Shown here: one piece after another, positions 31,760 to 41,453 of the stretch
Position numbering within the stretch: the stretch's first letter is position 1
How the letters are laid out: every line of letters starts with the position of its first letter
Assembly (NCBI GenBank): GCA_004431415.1
Contig: QPMI01000440.1
Span: 1-41,453, forward strand
From: Cyanophora paradoxa CCMP329
Lineage: Eukaryota > Plantae > Glaucophyta
DNA length: 41,453 nt
Direction: 5' to 3'
Made by a program: the position numbers and the translations under genes
The notes under the pieces: generated by a model
What the model was told of the DNA's origin: nothing
Database searches by the model: none
The model's input: only the letters and a program-made list of their open reading frames with translations

Positions 31760-32351
31760 TTGACACTGAGAAATTCAGAATTTCAGATGGTCTTACTGAA
31801 AATGGTCAGATAATCGGGTGTGACACCTATTTAATTGACTGTGACGCCTGTGACAGGTGTGACACCTATTTTCAAACTTTTTAAAATTCTCACAAATTAC
31901 AGACTTCTGAAAACACCTGTCACACCTGTCACACCCGTCACACCCAATTAACAAAAGACTCTATTTCTTACTGAGATATTCAAGAATTTATTGTTGTCTT
32001 ACTGAAAACAGTCTATGTGACAGGTGTGACACCTTCAAAATCCACCAACAATAGTCGATTTCATGAATACCTTTCTGTCTTACTGAAAATGGTAAGGAGA
32101 CCAGGTGTGACAGGTAGTTTAATTGAGTGTGACAGGTGTGACAGGTGTGACACCTATTTTCAAACTTTCTAAATTTTTCAAAAATGACAGACTTCTGAAA
32201 ACACCTGTCACACCTGTCACACCTGTCACACCTGTCACAGACATTCTACCCCTCTTACTGACTTTCTCAAAAACAAATATATCTATTACTGAATATCATT
32301 TGAATACTACCTGTCACACTTGAATTCAATTATTCTGTTTTATAGAACATA

Positions 32352-32615
32352 TGCAATCTAATCGATTGTTCAATTGGAGACCATGCAACTCTGTGACACT
32401 TTTTCGATCTAAAATATAAATCCGCAATCTCATCGATTGTTTAATTGGACATAATGCAGTTCCGATATATTCCAATAGAAAATCCCGCAATCTAATCGAT
32501 TGTTTAATGGGAGATAATGCAACTCTGTGACACTTTTTCGGTGCAAAAATGTACATCAGCAATCTCATCGATTGTTCAATTGGACACAATGCAACTCTGT
32601 GACACTTTTTGCGTT
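32352..32615. repeat. Four ~65-70-bp subterminal tandem repeats
   Basis: Core GCAATCTMATCGATTGTTYAATKGGASAYMATGCA, three units followed by ACTCTGTGACACTTTTT. Confidence 0.85.
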
Positions 32616-32930
32616 TTTCGATACAGAATGGGCGGTGGTCTACTTCAATACATGAGAGATATATCGAGTTTATGCGAATTTATGCAATTTAATCGCAATT
32701 ATATCGATCTTTAAGCAGTTTAATGTTAATCTATCGCAGATTTGTATGTAAACAACAAAGTACATAATCAATCGATATAAGATCAATTGAATCTATCGAA
32801 GTTTAATCGAAAATATGCATTTTGGTAAACGCGTTTTCATTTTTAATACAAAGTTTGCATTATTTTATACAAAGTTTGCATAAAAAGTTTAAGAAATTAA
32901 TCGAAAAATATGTATTTTAGTATTAAATTA

Positions 32931-33024
32931 ACACATATTGAAAAACGAATTTAAATCCAGAGTGAATCGAGATCGCGAAGCGATCGAGATGAACGAGGAT
33001 TTAAATTCGTTTTTCAATATGTGT
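32931..33024 (+). other. Terminal hairpin of copy A
   Basis: Perfect 28-bp stem 32931-32958 / 32997-33024 enclosing an imperfect inner stem with a GCGAAGC apex. Confidence 0.92.
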
Positions 33025-34323
33025 AACCTGGTCTTGGGATAAATTCGATGAAGCCCTGAAATCCGGTAAATATACTGCTTGGGGCATTCTCGCTCGTAAT
33101 ATCCTGGTAATTGACTTCGACCAAGAGGAGGATTTCGCCAAATTCGAGGAGCAATTCCCTGATGATTTCGGTGGTGTTAATCCTCTTGCTAAAACCAAAA
33201 AAGGATATCATGCATTCTTCGCTCGACCTGCTGAATTCGACACCATTAAGATCTGGGATAAAGCGGGTGCATTCAAAGGAAACCCCAAGATCGACTGCAA
33301 AACGATTGCATCCACTGGGACTGCTGGGTGATTAATGTTTGCCCCAGTCCCAACAAAACATGGATCAGAGAGCCATGGGCATCTGAGTGTGAGTTAAATG
33401 AACCCACTGCTGAGTTGCAAAAGTGGATTGTTGAAAACTACGAATTCCCCAAAGGTGCACATTCTTATTATGCAAGGTGCGCTGAGGAGAATTTGCAGAA
33501 ACATATTCTTTCTAAACTCGAAGAATTCGGTTTCATCTTGCCCACAATCATCAATGAGACCAAGATGGGATACAATTTCACTGCTGAGAACAAAGGTCTG
33601 GTCTGTCCCTGCTGCAAGGGAAGCCATGACTCAAACAATTGGTATATTATTCAAGGGAAGGAGAAAGACAAGTACATTGTTTCGAGTTACAGTGCAAACT
33701 GCAAGAAGCGAAGCATCACTGTTCGTGTGAAGGAAGAGACAGATGTGAAGATCGAAAATCTGATTGATCGGTCTGCTGGATCTGATGGTGCCCATTATGA
33801 TGTTGCACAGGTTGCCTATCTTGTTCTGCAAGACAAATACAAGTATTCCAACAAGACCTGGTTCAAGTTCAATGATATATGTGGGATTTGGGAGTTGGAT
33901 GAAACTGGGAAGCGAATCTTTCTCTGTTTGAGCTGCAAGGTCTGTCCAGTTTATCTTCAACGTTCTGTTCAACTCGCACAGAGAGCTCTTCGTGATGAAG
34001 AGAACCGCAATTCCTTGGAGGAAAGGTCAAAGATTCTGCTGGGAATTGCTAAGAGCCTCAAACAGACTACATACAGAACTGCACTTATGTCTGATCTTTC
34101 AGTTCTGTTCAGTGACAAGACCTTTTTCGAGAGACTTGATACTGTTCCCAACATCATAGGATTCACAAATGGTGTATTTGACTTGAACTCCATGACTTTT
34201 CGACAGGGACTCCCAGATGATATGGTGAGCAAGACTGTTGGCTACGATTATACCACAGAAATCGACCAAGAGAAGGTTGCAAAGATTAAGTCCATCTATG
34301 CAGATATTATTGAATCGGATACA
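33025..34323 (+). pseudogene. 1.3-kb internal fragment of the primase-helicase gene from a further copy of the element
   Basis: Aligns to 633-1929 with roughly 15-20 mostly synonymous substitutions (counted by eye); truncated on both sides exactly at element termini. Confidence 0.9.
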
Positions 34324-34418
34324 ACACATATTGAAAAACGAATTTAAATCCCTCGTTCATCTCGATCGCTTCGCGATCTCGATTCACTCTGGATTTAAAT
34401 TCGTTTTTCAATATGTGT
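34324..34418 (-). other. Terminal hairpin of copy B
   Basis: Reverse complement of 32931-33024 with one extra base. Confidence 0.92.
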
Positions 34419-35579
34419 TAATTTAATACTAAAATACATATTTTTCGATTAATTTCTTAAACTTTTTATGCAAACTTTGTATAAAATAATGCAAACTTTG
34501 TATTAAAAATGAAAACGCGTTTACCAAAATGCATATTTTCGATTAAACTTCGATAGATTCAATTGATCTTATATCGATTGATTATGTACTTTGTTGTTTA
34601 CATACAAATCTGCGATAGATTAACATTAAACTGCTTAAAGATCGATATAATTGCGATTAAATTGCATAAATTCGCATAAACTCGATATATCTCTCATGTA
34701 TTGAAGTAGACCACCGCCCATTCTGTATCGAAAAACGCAAAAAGTGTCACAGAGTTGCATTGTGTCCAATTGAACAATCGATGAGATTGCTGATGTACAT
34801 TTTTGCACCGAAAAAGTGTCACAGAGTTGCATTATCTCCCATTAAACAATCGATTAGATTGCGGGATTTTCTATTGGAATATATCGGAACTGCATTATGT
34901 CCAATTAAACAATCGATGAGATTGCGGATTTATATTTTAGATCGAAAAAGTGTCACAGAGTTGCATGGTCTCCAATTGAACAATCGATTAGATTGCATAT
35001 GTTCTATAAAACAGAATAATTGAATTCAAGTGTGACAGGTAGTATTCAAATGATATTCAGTAATAGATATATTTGTTTTTGAGAAAGTCAGTAAGAGGGG
35101 TAGAATGTCTGTGACAGGTGTGACAGGTGTGACAGGTGTTTTCAGAAGTCTGTCATTTTTGAAAAATTTAGAAAGTTGAAAATAGGTGTCACACCTGTCA
35201 CACCTGTCACACTCAATTAAACTACCTGTCACACCTGGTCTCCTTACCATTTTCAGTAAGACAGAAAGGTATTCATGAAATCGACTATTGTTGGGTGGAT
35301 TTTGAAGGTGTCACACCTGTCACATAGACTGTTTCAGTAAGACAACAATAAATTCTTGAATATCTCAGTAAGAAATAGAGTCTTTTGTTAATTGGGTGTG
35401 ACGGGTGTGACAGGTGTGACAGGTGTTTTCAGAAGTCTGTAATTTGTGAGAATTTTAAAAAGTTTGAAAATAGGTGTCACACCTGTCACAGGCGTCACAG
35501 TCAATTAAATAGGTGTCACACCCGATTATCTGACCATTTTCAGTAAGACCATCTGAAATTCTGAATTTCTCAGTGTCAA

Positions 35580-35981
35580 CTAACTCGGAAATCGCAATAC
35601 TCTATGTTTCTCCGATTTCTCCAACCCTGAAAACACACCTGTTATTCTCTCATCTATCTCATGAGATACTCTCGTGGTTTTTCTCTCTGCTTCTAATCCA
35701 CAACTGAATATATCAATCGCCAGCATACCTTCATTTGAGTAACAATGAGCAGTGCAGTGGCTCTCATCCAGCAGAAGAACCATTGCAAAACCAGGAGGAG
35801 AAATACCACCATCGAAAATCTCGCAATGCTTGTGAACTACTCGAATACCTTGCTCTTGAATAATAGTTTGTAAGAACTGCATTAACCACCTGGTCGTTGT
35901 CTCCAAGTCTTCCACTCCTACTGCTAATTGGGTTCTGAATTTGTAATCCAGCATCATATGGAAGCCTCGATGAGTATTCAT
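35580..35981 (-). CDS. speD: AdoMet decarboxylase proenzyme (copy B)
   Basis: Identical to 31358-31759 except V9M. Confidence 0.85.
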   Translation of the reverse strand: MNTHRGFHMMLDYKFRTQLAVGVEDLETTTRWLMQFLQTIIQEQGIRVVHKHCEIFDGGISPPGFAMVLLLDESHCTAHCYSNEGMLAIDIFSCGLEAERKTTRVSHEIDERITGVFSGLEKSEKHRVLRFPS

Positions 35982-36167
35982 TTATGAATAATTTAGAAAA
36001 ATTAAAAACGCGATTGGTAGAATGCGAACCATCTTAGCAAGAGTGCTACCTTATGAGTTGGTGGATATCATTCTGCTGCACTACCACAAGACCTGTCCAA
36101 ACTGCTTTGACACATGCATAATCACAAAGGGAAAATGGGGAAAGATCCTCATTTCTCTCTCAAAGAT

Positions 36168-36439
36168 CTAATCAAAGTACAGTACCACTGGTTTATCATC
36201 TATCACAATTCCTGATGTAGTCTTTTTTCTGTAAGCATGAGAGGATTTCTTGTTGCACTCTCTGCATCCACTTCCCCTTACATGATTAAATGGGTAGGTT
36301 TGGAGGATCTTGTTGCATTTAAGGCATCTAACAGAGACCTTCTCTTGTGCTTTCTTATACACTGTCTCACTATAATCGAATTTAGCATCACCATGAACCA
36401 TCATTGCAGATTCTATGAATTTCTTTGTTTATCATCCAT
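36168..36439 (-). CDS. Zn-ribbon protein (copy B)
   Basis: Copy of 30899-31171 with one indel near the start. Confidence 0.72.
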
Positions 36440-36464
36440 TCCTCTCTATATATACCTGAGATTT

Positions 36465-37290
36465 CTATGGAGCAGTATCCTGCCCGAAAATGGGGAAGTA
36501 TCGATTTGTGCCGTAATATTCTGCATATGTATTCTGTCTTGCAATAGCATCGGTTCTCTCAGCATAGAGAATGCATTTGTAGATACCAAATCTGGTGGCT
36601 CTCACCAAAAACTGGTAATCTTCAAGACCGAAATTCACTCCATGATAAGCAATCCCGAAATTGTCATATGGAGTGATTACAACTGCAATATTTGGGGTTC
36701 CACCCTCTACTTGACAGACAGCATAAACATCTGGTGGAATATCCACGACCACCTTGTAGTGGTCACCAATCTCAACAAGAGAATCAACTACTGATGTCTG
36801 CTCATTCACAACAATTGGGAAGATCTTGATAATATATGGTGCATTCATACTGGGACATAGGTGCGAATTCTGGTGTTGGGATCAATGGGATTGGGTTGAT
36901 CATTTACGAAAAGAGGCGCACCAACAGCTCCACCAATCCGAAGACCATCACCAATATATGCTCCCCCGTTTTGCAGTTAATAGCTCCCGACCGAGATTCA
37001 AAAGAATAAGTAGAAAGAGGATCACCATAACTGTCTGGGTCTCCATAATGGGCAGAAAAGTTCGCATTTGTCACAAGGAGTTTCGTTGTCTTAACTATAC
37101 CATTATTTTTATCACATCTGAGTTCCTGCAATCTCAGTTTATGGGTGGAACCAAAGGTATTCATTGTAGGTTGTACTTCTGTGGATTGGAGACCTTCTAC
37201 ATCATCAAAAGTAGCATGCTGCAAAACGTGATTTGCAGGTGCTGCTAATGAGAGTTGGGGTGTAATAATTCGCTCTACTGGGGCAGCCAT
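36465..37290 (-). CDS. Fibre/adhesin paralog 4 (copy B)
   Basis: Copy of 30047-30873. Confidence 0.72.
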
Positions 37291-37313
37291 TTTACATTAA
37301 AGTAATATATAAT

Positions 37314-38156
37314 TTATGGGGTTGGGTTATCAATCACATCTGGTTCCTGGTAAAACCCTGTTTGAGAAAGAGTATCAGGAGTAACACCTCTTAGAGCTGA
37401 GACAGCAGCTATATCTGTTCTGATACCCATAACTGTAATTGTATATTTTCCAATATCTGTAACAAACAGATCATAGGTGAAATTGTTATTATAAACACAG
37501 AACCCTGTGCCGAAATGATCATATCCTTGAACACTGAAATTGTATCTGTGACCTGGCTGGTTATTGTTGGCTCTACATAAAGAAAGCATTGCAGAAGGAA
37601 TGACCAGCCCTCTCATTACTCTTTTGGTTCCTTCAATCAATTCAGAGTTTTCAAGTGTGACAGTATAACCTTGGTAAAATTGAATAATTGGCTGTTGTGC
37701 AACTGGTATATATAATCGAATTCGTTGTGGGTCTTCAACATTCTGTTCAAGAGTATCTGGGACATCATTGTATGCAATTGATGAGGAGAGTTGACCTGAA
37801 ACTCTGCAACCACCACCAATAAATGCTCCACCTGATCTCACAGTTACAGCAGCAGAATTCTTATCGAAATCCAGGGCTTTCAGATCAACACTGTAAGCAT
37901 CAGGACCTCCATTGTAGGCTGGAAAAAGTTAGCATTTGTGACAAGAAGTCGAGTTGTTTTAACCACACCTGAATTCTTATCAGCTCTCAGCTCTTTAACT
38001 CGAATAATCGAATTTTTATCAAAGGAGTTACCATTGGAATTGGGTCTCTCTGTGGATTCTAAACCACGAACCTCATCATTAACTTCATGCTGGCGAAAGT
38101 GCATTGCAGGGATCCAAGGAATATATTGGAAGTTGAACTCGATTATATTCACCCAT
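37314..38156 (-). CDS. Fibre/adhesin paralog 3 (copy B)
   Basis: Copy of 17022-17863. Confidence 0.72.
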
Positions 38157-38194
38157 TGCTTCTTTTACTAAGAAGGAAAGAAAAATAATGTACA

Positions 38195-38457
38195 CTACTC
38201 TTCTGTGACATTATTATACTCGATACCTTTCTTTACAGTTCCCCTTTGGAATGCCTGTAATACAATCGCTTCCTTTGAGGTTGGTATCTGAACTCCTGAT
38301 GAGATGCAAGATTGGATCTCTTTCTGAACAATCTCATCAATTGCGATTCTTGCCCTGTTGTGGCAGCATTATCAATCCAGTCCTGAACAGAAGCAGCGCA
38401 ATATTCCATTCCCAACTTTTCGGTATCAGTCAGAACTACTTGGTATATATTCGACAT
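38195..38457 (-). CDS. Small fibre-associated protein (copy B)
   Basis: Copy of 16721-16983. Confidence 0.6.
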
Positions 38458-38476
38458 TCTAAACTACTTGTAGAAA

Positions 38477-39494
38477 TTAAATTATGCTCAGCAATTCGCC
38501 ACTAAACGTGTGAATTCTGAAATGGAAGTATCAACAGCATAAATAGAGACATTATCCCCGGCTCCAAGTCTGAGTATTGCGCTCAAAATGATTGTTTTGT
38601 TGGTTACTGTTTGTGAGTTGTTTACCCTGAAATTGAATTCTGTTGAAACATTCTGATCATTTACTTTCAGATCTACACTCACAGATGAGGTAACAATACT
38701 ATAAGAATTAAGAGAGAATCTATAATCTCCACTTATAGGCGCTGTGAATTTCCCTTCTACTACATCAAATGAGTTGGTATTATCAAAGAATTCATGCAAC
38801 CAATTAGTAAGACGCCCATATACTCCACTTCTTGTTGCTACACCAAACCCAACACAAAATCGAGGTTGGGTTTCTTGCTTCAAATAAAAGTTTGCTGCGA
38901 TTGTAAGACCCCTGCATCAATTCGTGCGACTTCTGTGCTATTGCGTTTCAGAATGAGATCTACATTTGCTCCTGTATCTATTTCAGGTGTTTGAATCTTT
39001 GTGGTTGTGGTCATCACAGGGACTGTATAAGTAGGAACAAAAAGACCACCATTTGCATTCACAACACCTGTAAATGTCGTTTGGCCTGAAATTGAGACGT
39101 TTGCAGCTGAGAGTGTTCCATTCACAAAAGCTCCCGAACCTATCCATGCTCCACCTGATTTAACTACAAGTGCTGCATTATTTTCTGTCCATCAAAAGTA
39201 ACAATCTGTGGTGTGGTCACCCCACCTGCATCATCATAAATAGCTGCATCAGCAACTACACCACCTGTTAACACCTGATTCTTGTTACTTACGATTAATT
39301 GTGTGGTTCTATTTTTCCAGCATTTCTATCACATCGAATCTCCTTGCATCTGATAATCGAATTTTGAGTAAACGAATCTGCTCCTGTGTTTCTGTGCAAA
39401 TAAACCCGGGAATAGCATCTGTAACTGTGTGGTTCAGTTGATGCAATTTAGGTGCTGCATAACAGAAAACAGGAACTGCAATTTGGGTAGCCAT
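38477..39494 (-). CDS. Fibre/adhesin paralog 2, C1q head (copy B)
   Basis: Copy of 15681-16701. Confidence 0.78.
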
Positions 39495-40558
39495 CTATAA
39501 ATTCCCAACAAAAAGTTTATAATCTACTGATGAGATGCCCCCAAAACAGGTAATACCTTGTATTGTAGCATCATATTGCATGGACGATGTCCAGGTTTGT
39601 ATAACATTCACAAATTCGTTCGCATATACAGCAAAAGAAGCCTCCATATGAAACACTTCGCCTTCCATTGTAAGTTGAAAATTCTTGAACCGATTGAGGG
39701 GAAAGAGCCAAATCATTCTTTCTAAATGCAACTCTACACTCCCTGTTGATGAAGCTGTTGACATTTGAACAATGAAGAAGAATCTATAAATTCCGGACAC
39801 AGGTGCTGTAAAGGTGCCTGTGATAATGTGATATTATTGCTTGCATCCACAAGAGTTCTGTTAAAAGCGAATCTTCTTGCTGTTGATGTGGTTCCCACAG
39901 TAACTGCTGATGTTGAATAATTTACAATACAAAACCGAGGGTGAGGAGCTTTCAGATATTTAATTAGATTTATTGAAGGGGAAACATTGTTTATGGTTGC
40001 TGTAACCACTGCATTTCTCTGATATTGAGTGCATTCGATGATTCAATTTCAGGTGTGTTTAACATTGTGGAAAAGACACCAACACCAACTGAAAAACTAC
40101 TCGCATTATAAGCACCCTCAAAATTTATTGGACTCTCAAACATTCCACTTCCAGCATTTAGTATGGATGCTGTTACTGTTCCATTCACCTTTAATGCCTC
40201 TCCAAAGTATGCTCCTCCACTCTTGACTACAAGAGCGGAAGTATTACTTGTGTTACCAAAAGAAACTATCTGTGCTGTGGTAAATCCACCTACATTATCA
40301 TATATTGCTGAATCTGGGACTACTTGACCTGCTTGAACCTGATTTGTATTCGAGATAATAATTCCTGTGTTCTTATCTTGCCTCCATTCCTATCACATCG
40401 AATTTCTTTGACTCTGAGTATATTATTCTCTGTGAAAGAGGTATTACTTGAAGTTTCAGTACAAATATACCCAGGGGTTGAATCAACTACTCCATGAGAG
40501 TGCTGTGCAGTGATTTGGCTGCAAGTTCATAGTTTGGGATTTCTAATAGAGAGGTCAT
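39495..40558 (-). CDS. Fibre/adhesin paralog 1, C1q head (copy B)
   Basis: Copy of 14614-15680. Confidence 0.76.
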
Positions 40559-40577
40559 CTTTATATTAATCAAATAG

Positions 40578-41453
40578 TTAAATTGCGACAGCAATGTAAT
40601 GGATTGTTACAGTTTTGGATGAATTATTCATTGCATATGGATCAGTGAAAAGTTCACAAGTGAAATAGTTACTGTAAACATTCAACAGGTTCACAGTAAA
40701 AATGACGGAGTTACTTGATAATTTGGTTCTTGTCCTTCATGCCTTACAGTTGCTGTAACAACAGGAGGAGAAGCAAAGGCATTGGTAAAATAGATAGTAA
40801 GATTGAACACATATAGATTATTGTAATTTAAAACAGGAGTAGTGTAAACATACTTACCTGCTTGAATTTTCCATTAAAATATGCATTGAGTTGACTGGAA
40901 AGATCTGCTTCTGTAATGCATCGACTGATGGTCGCATTATTTGAGGGTTCATAGCATAGAAATTCCTTGCATATGCATTTCCACGAACAAGTAAGGTTTA
41001 TCAAAGTAATTCTGCGAATTGTGGAAGAACCATGTTTCTTCAAACATAGGTCCTGCTGGTTCTACAATCTGACCTGATCCTACATACATCGTGTTGTTGG
41101 CTCTAATAGTGGTTGCTGTGAATGATCAAGAGTAGGTCGATCTGTAATATCTCCCAAAGGTGTGTGTGAGCAAAATCTGTAATTTGAGACTTAGTATGAG
41201 TATGAGCAAAGTCTGTAATCTCACCTTTGGTGTGAGTGTGTGCAAAATCTGTTATCTCACTCTTTACATGGGTGTGAGCAAAGTCTGTAATCTCTCCTTT
41301 GTGTGAGTGTGTGCAAAATCTGTTATCTGTGACTTTGTGTGAGTGTGTGCGAAATCTGTGATTTCAGATTTAAAATGAGTGTGAGCGAAATTCGTGATAT
41401 CTGCTCTGGTGTGGAAGTGAGCAAAATCTGTTATCTGGGATTTGGTGTGAGTG
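40578..41453 (-). CDS. Tail-fibre-like protein, 3' part (copy B)
   Basis: Copy of ~13715-14594 including the His repeats. Confidence 0.7.

Larger units (their letters stand above)
1..33024 (+). mobile_element. Endogenous Polinton-like/virophage-like DNA virus element, copy A (left end outside window; interrupted by LINE)
   Basis: pPolB, rve integrase, PrimPol-SF3 helicase, lipase and fibre genes occur together in AT-rich, apparently intronless, densely packed DNA. Sharp terminus ...TCAATATGTGT at 33024 is mirrored at 34324. Confidence 0.88.
31760..33024. repeat. Non-coding terminal region (probable TIR) of copy A
   Basis: TGTGACAGG iterons, TCTTACTGA repeats, four ~65-bp repeats and a terminal hairpin; inverted near-identical copy at 34324-35579. 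True TIR length cannot be set without the left end. Confidence 0.75.
34324..41453 (-). mobile_element. Copy B of the viral element (inverted, LINE-free, runs off the window)
   Basis: Reverse complement of ~13715-17917 plus 30078-33024. Confidence 0.93.

Noticed and set aside
32352-32615. CRISPR-like look of four ~35-bp palindromic repeats with spacers
   Set aside because: Repeats are degenerate, three spacers share the same sequence, there are no cas genes, and the context is a eukaryotic viral terminus.
32123-32714. Short ORFs in the terminal repeats (VTGVTG, TPVTPV, CDACDAC types; also 2767-3000 and 34635-35250)
   Set aside because: Translations of 9-bp DNA iterons and tandem repeats with no independent coding signal.
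34324-41453. Fold-back chimeric read or assembly artefact explaining the large inverted repeat
   Set aside because: Copy B lacks the LINE, has a single target site, carries synonymous substitutions, and is separated from A by a distinct 1.3-kb spacer.

Overview
Eukaryotic-type window made almost entirely of nested mobile DNA. (1) 1-33024 is the right-hand part of an AT-rich integrating DNA-virus-like element of the Polinton/Polinton-like virus/virophage type. It encodes a PrimPol-SF3(D5) primase-helicase, a protein-primed PolB with an apparently degenerate exonuclease, an rve integrase, a patatin-discoidin lipase, a phage-like tail fibre, four paralogous fibre/adhesin genes (two with C1q heads), a Zn-ribbon protein and an AdoMet decarboxylase. 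It ends in ~1.27 kb of repeats and a 94-nt terminal hairpin. No capsid, ATPase or maturation protease gene is recognisable in the visible part. (2) 17918-29870 is a very GC-rich ~12 kb non-LTR retrotransposon on the minus strand (APE-RT-RNase H-CCHC plus a C-terminal Ulp1/C48 protease, poly(A) tail). It is inserted in the viral element with a ~206-bp target duplication and carries an extra ~930-bp internal segment at its 5' end. (3) 33025-34323 is a 1.3-kb piece of the primase-helicase gene of a further copy. (4) 34324-41453 is a second, inverted, LINE-free copy of the viral element's right end. Most long genes are broken by single-base indels in homopolymers that differ between copies, most likely long-read errors, so gene boundaries are reconstructed by eye.
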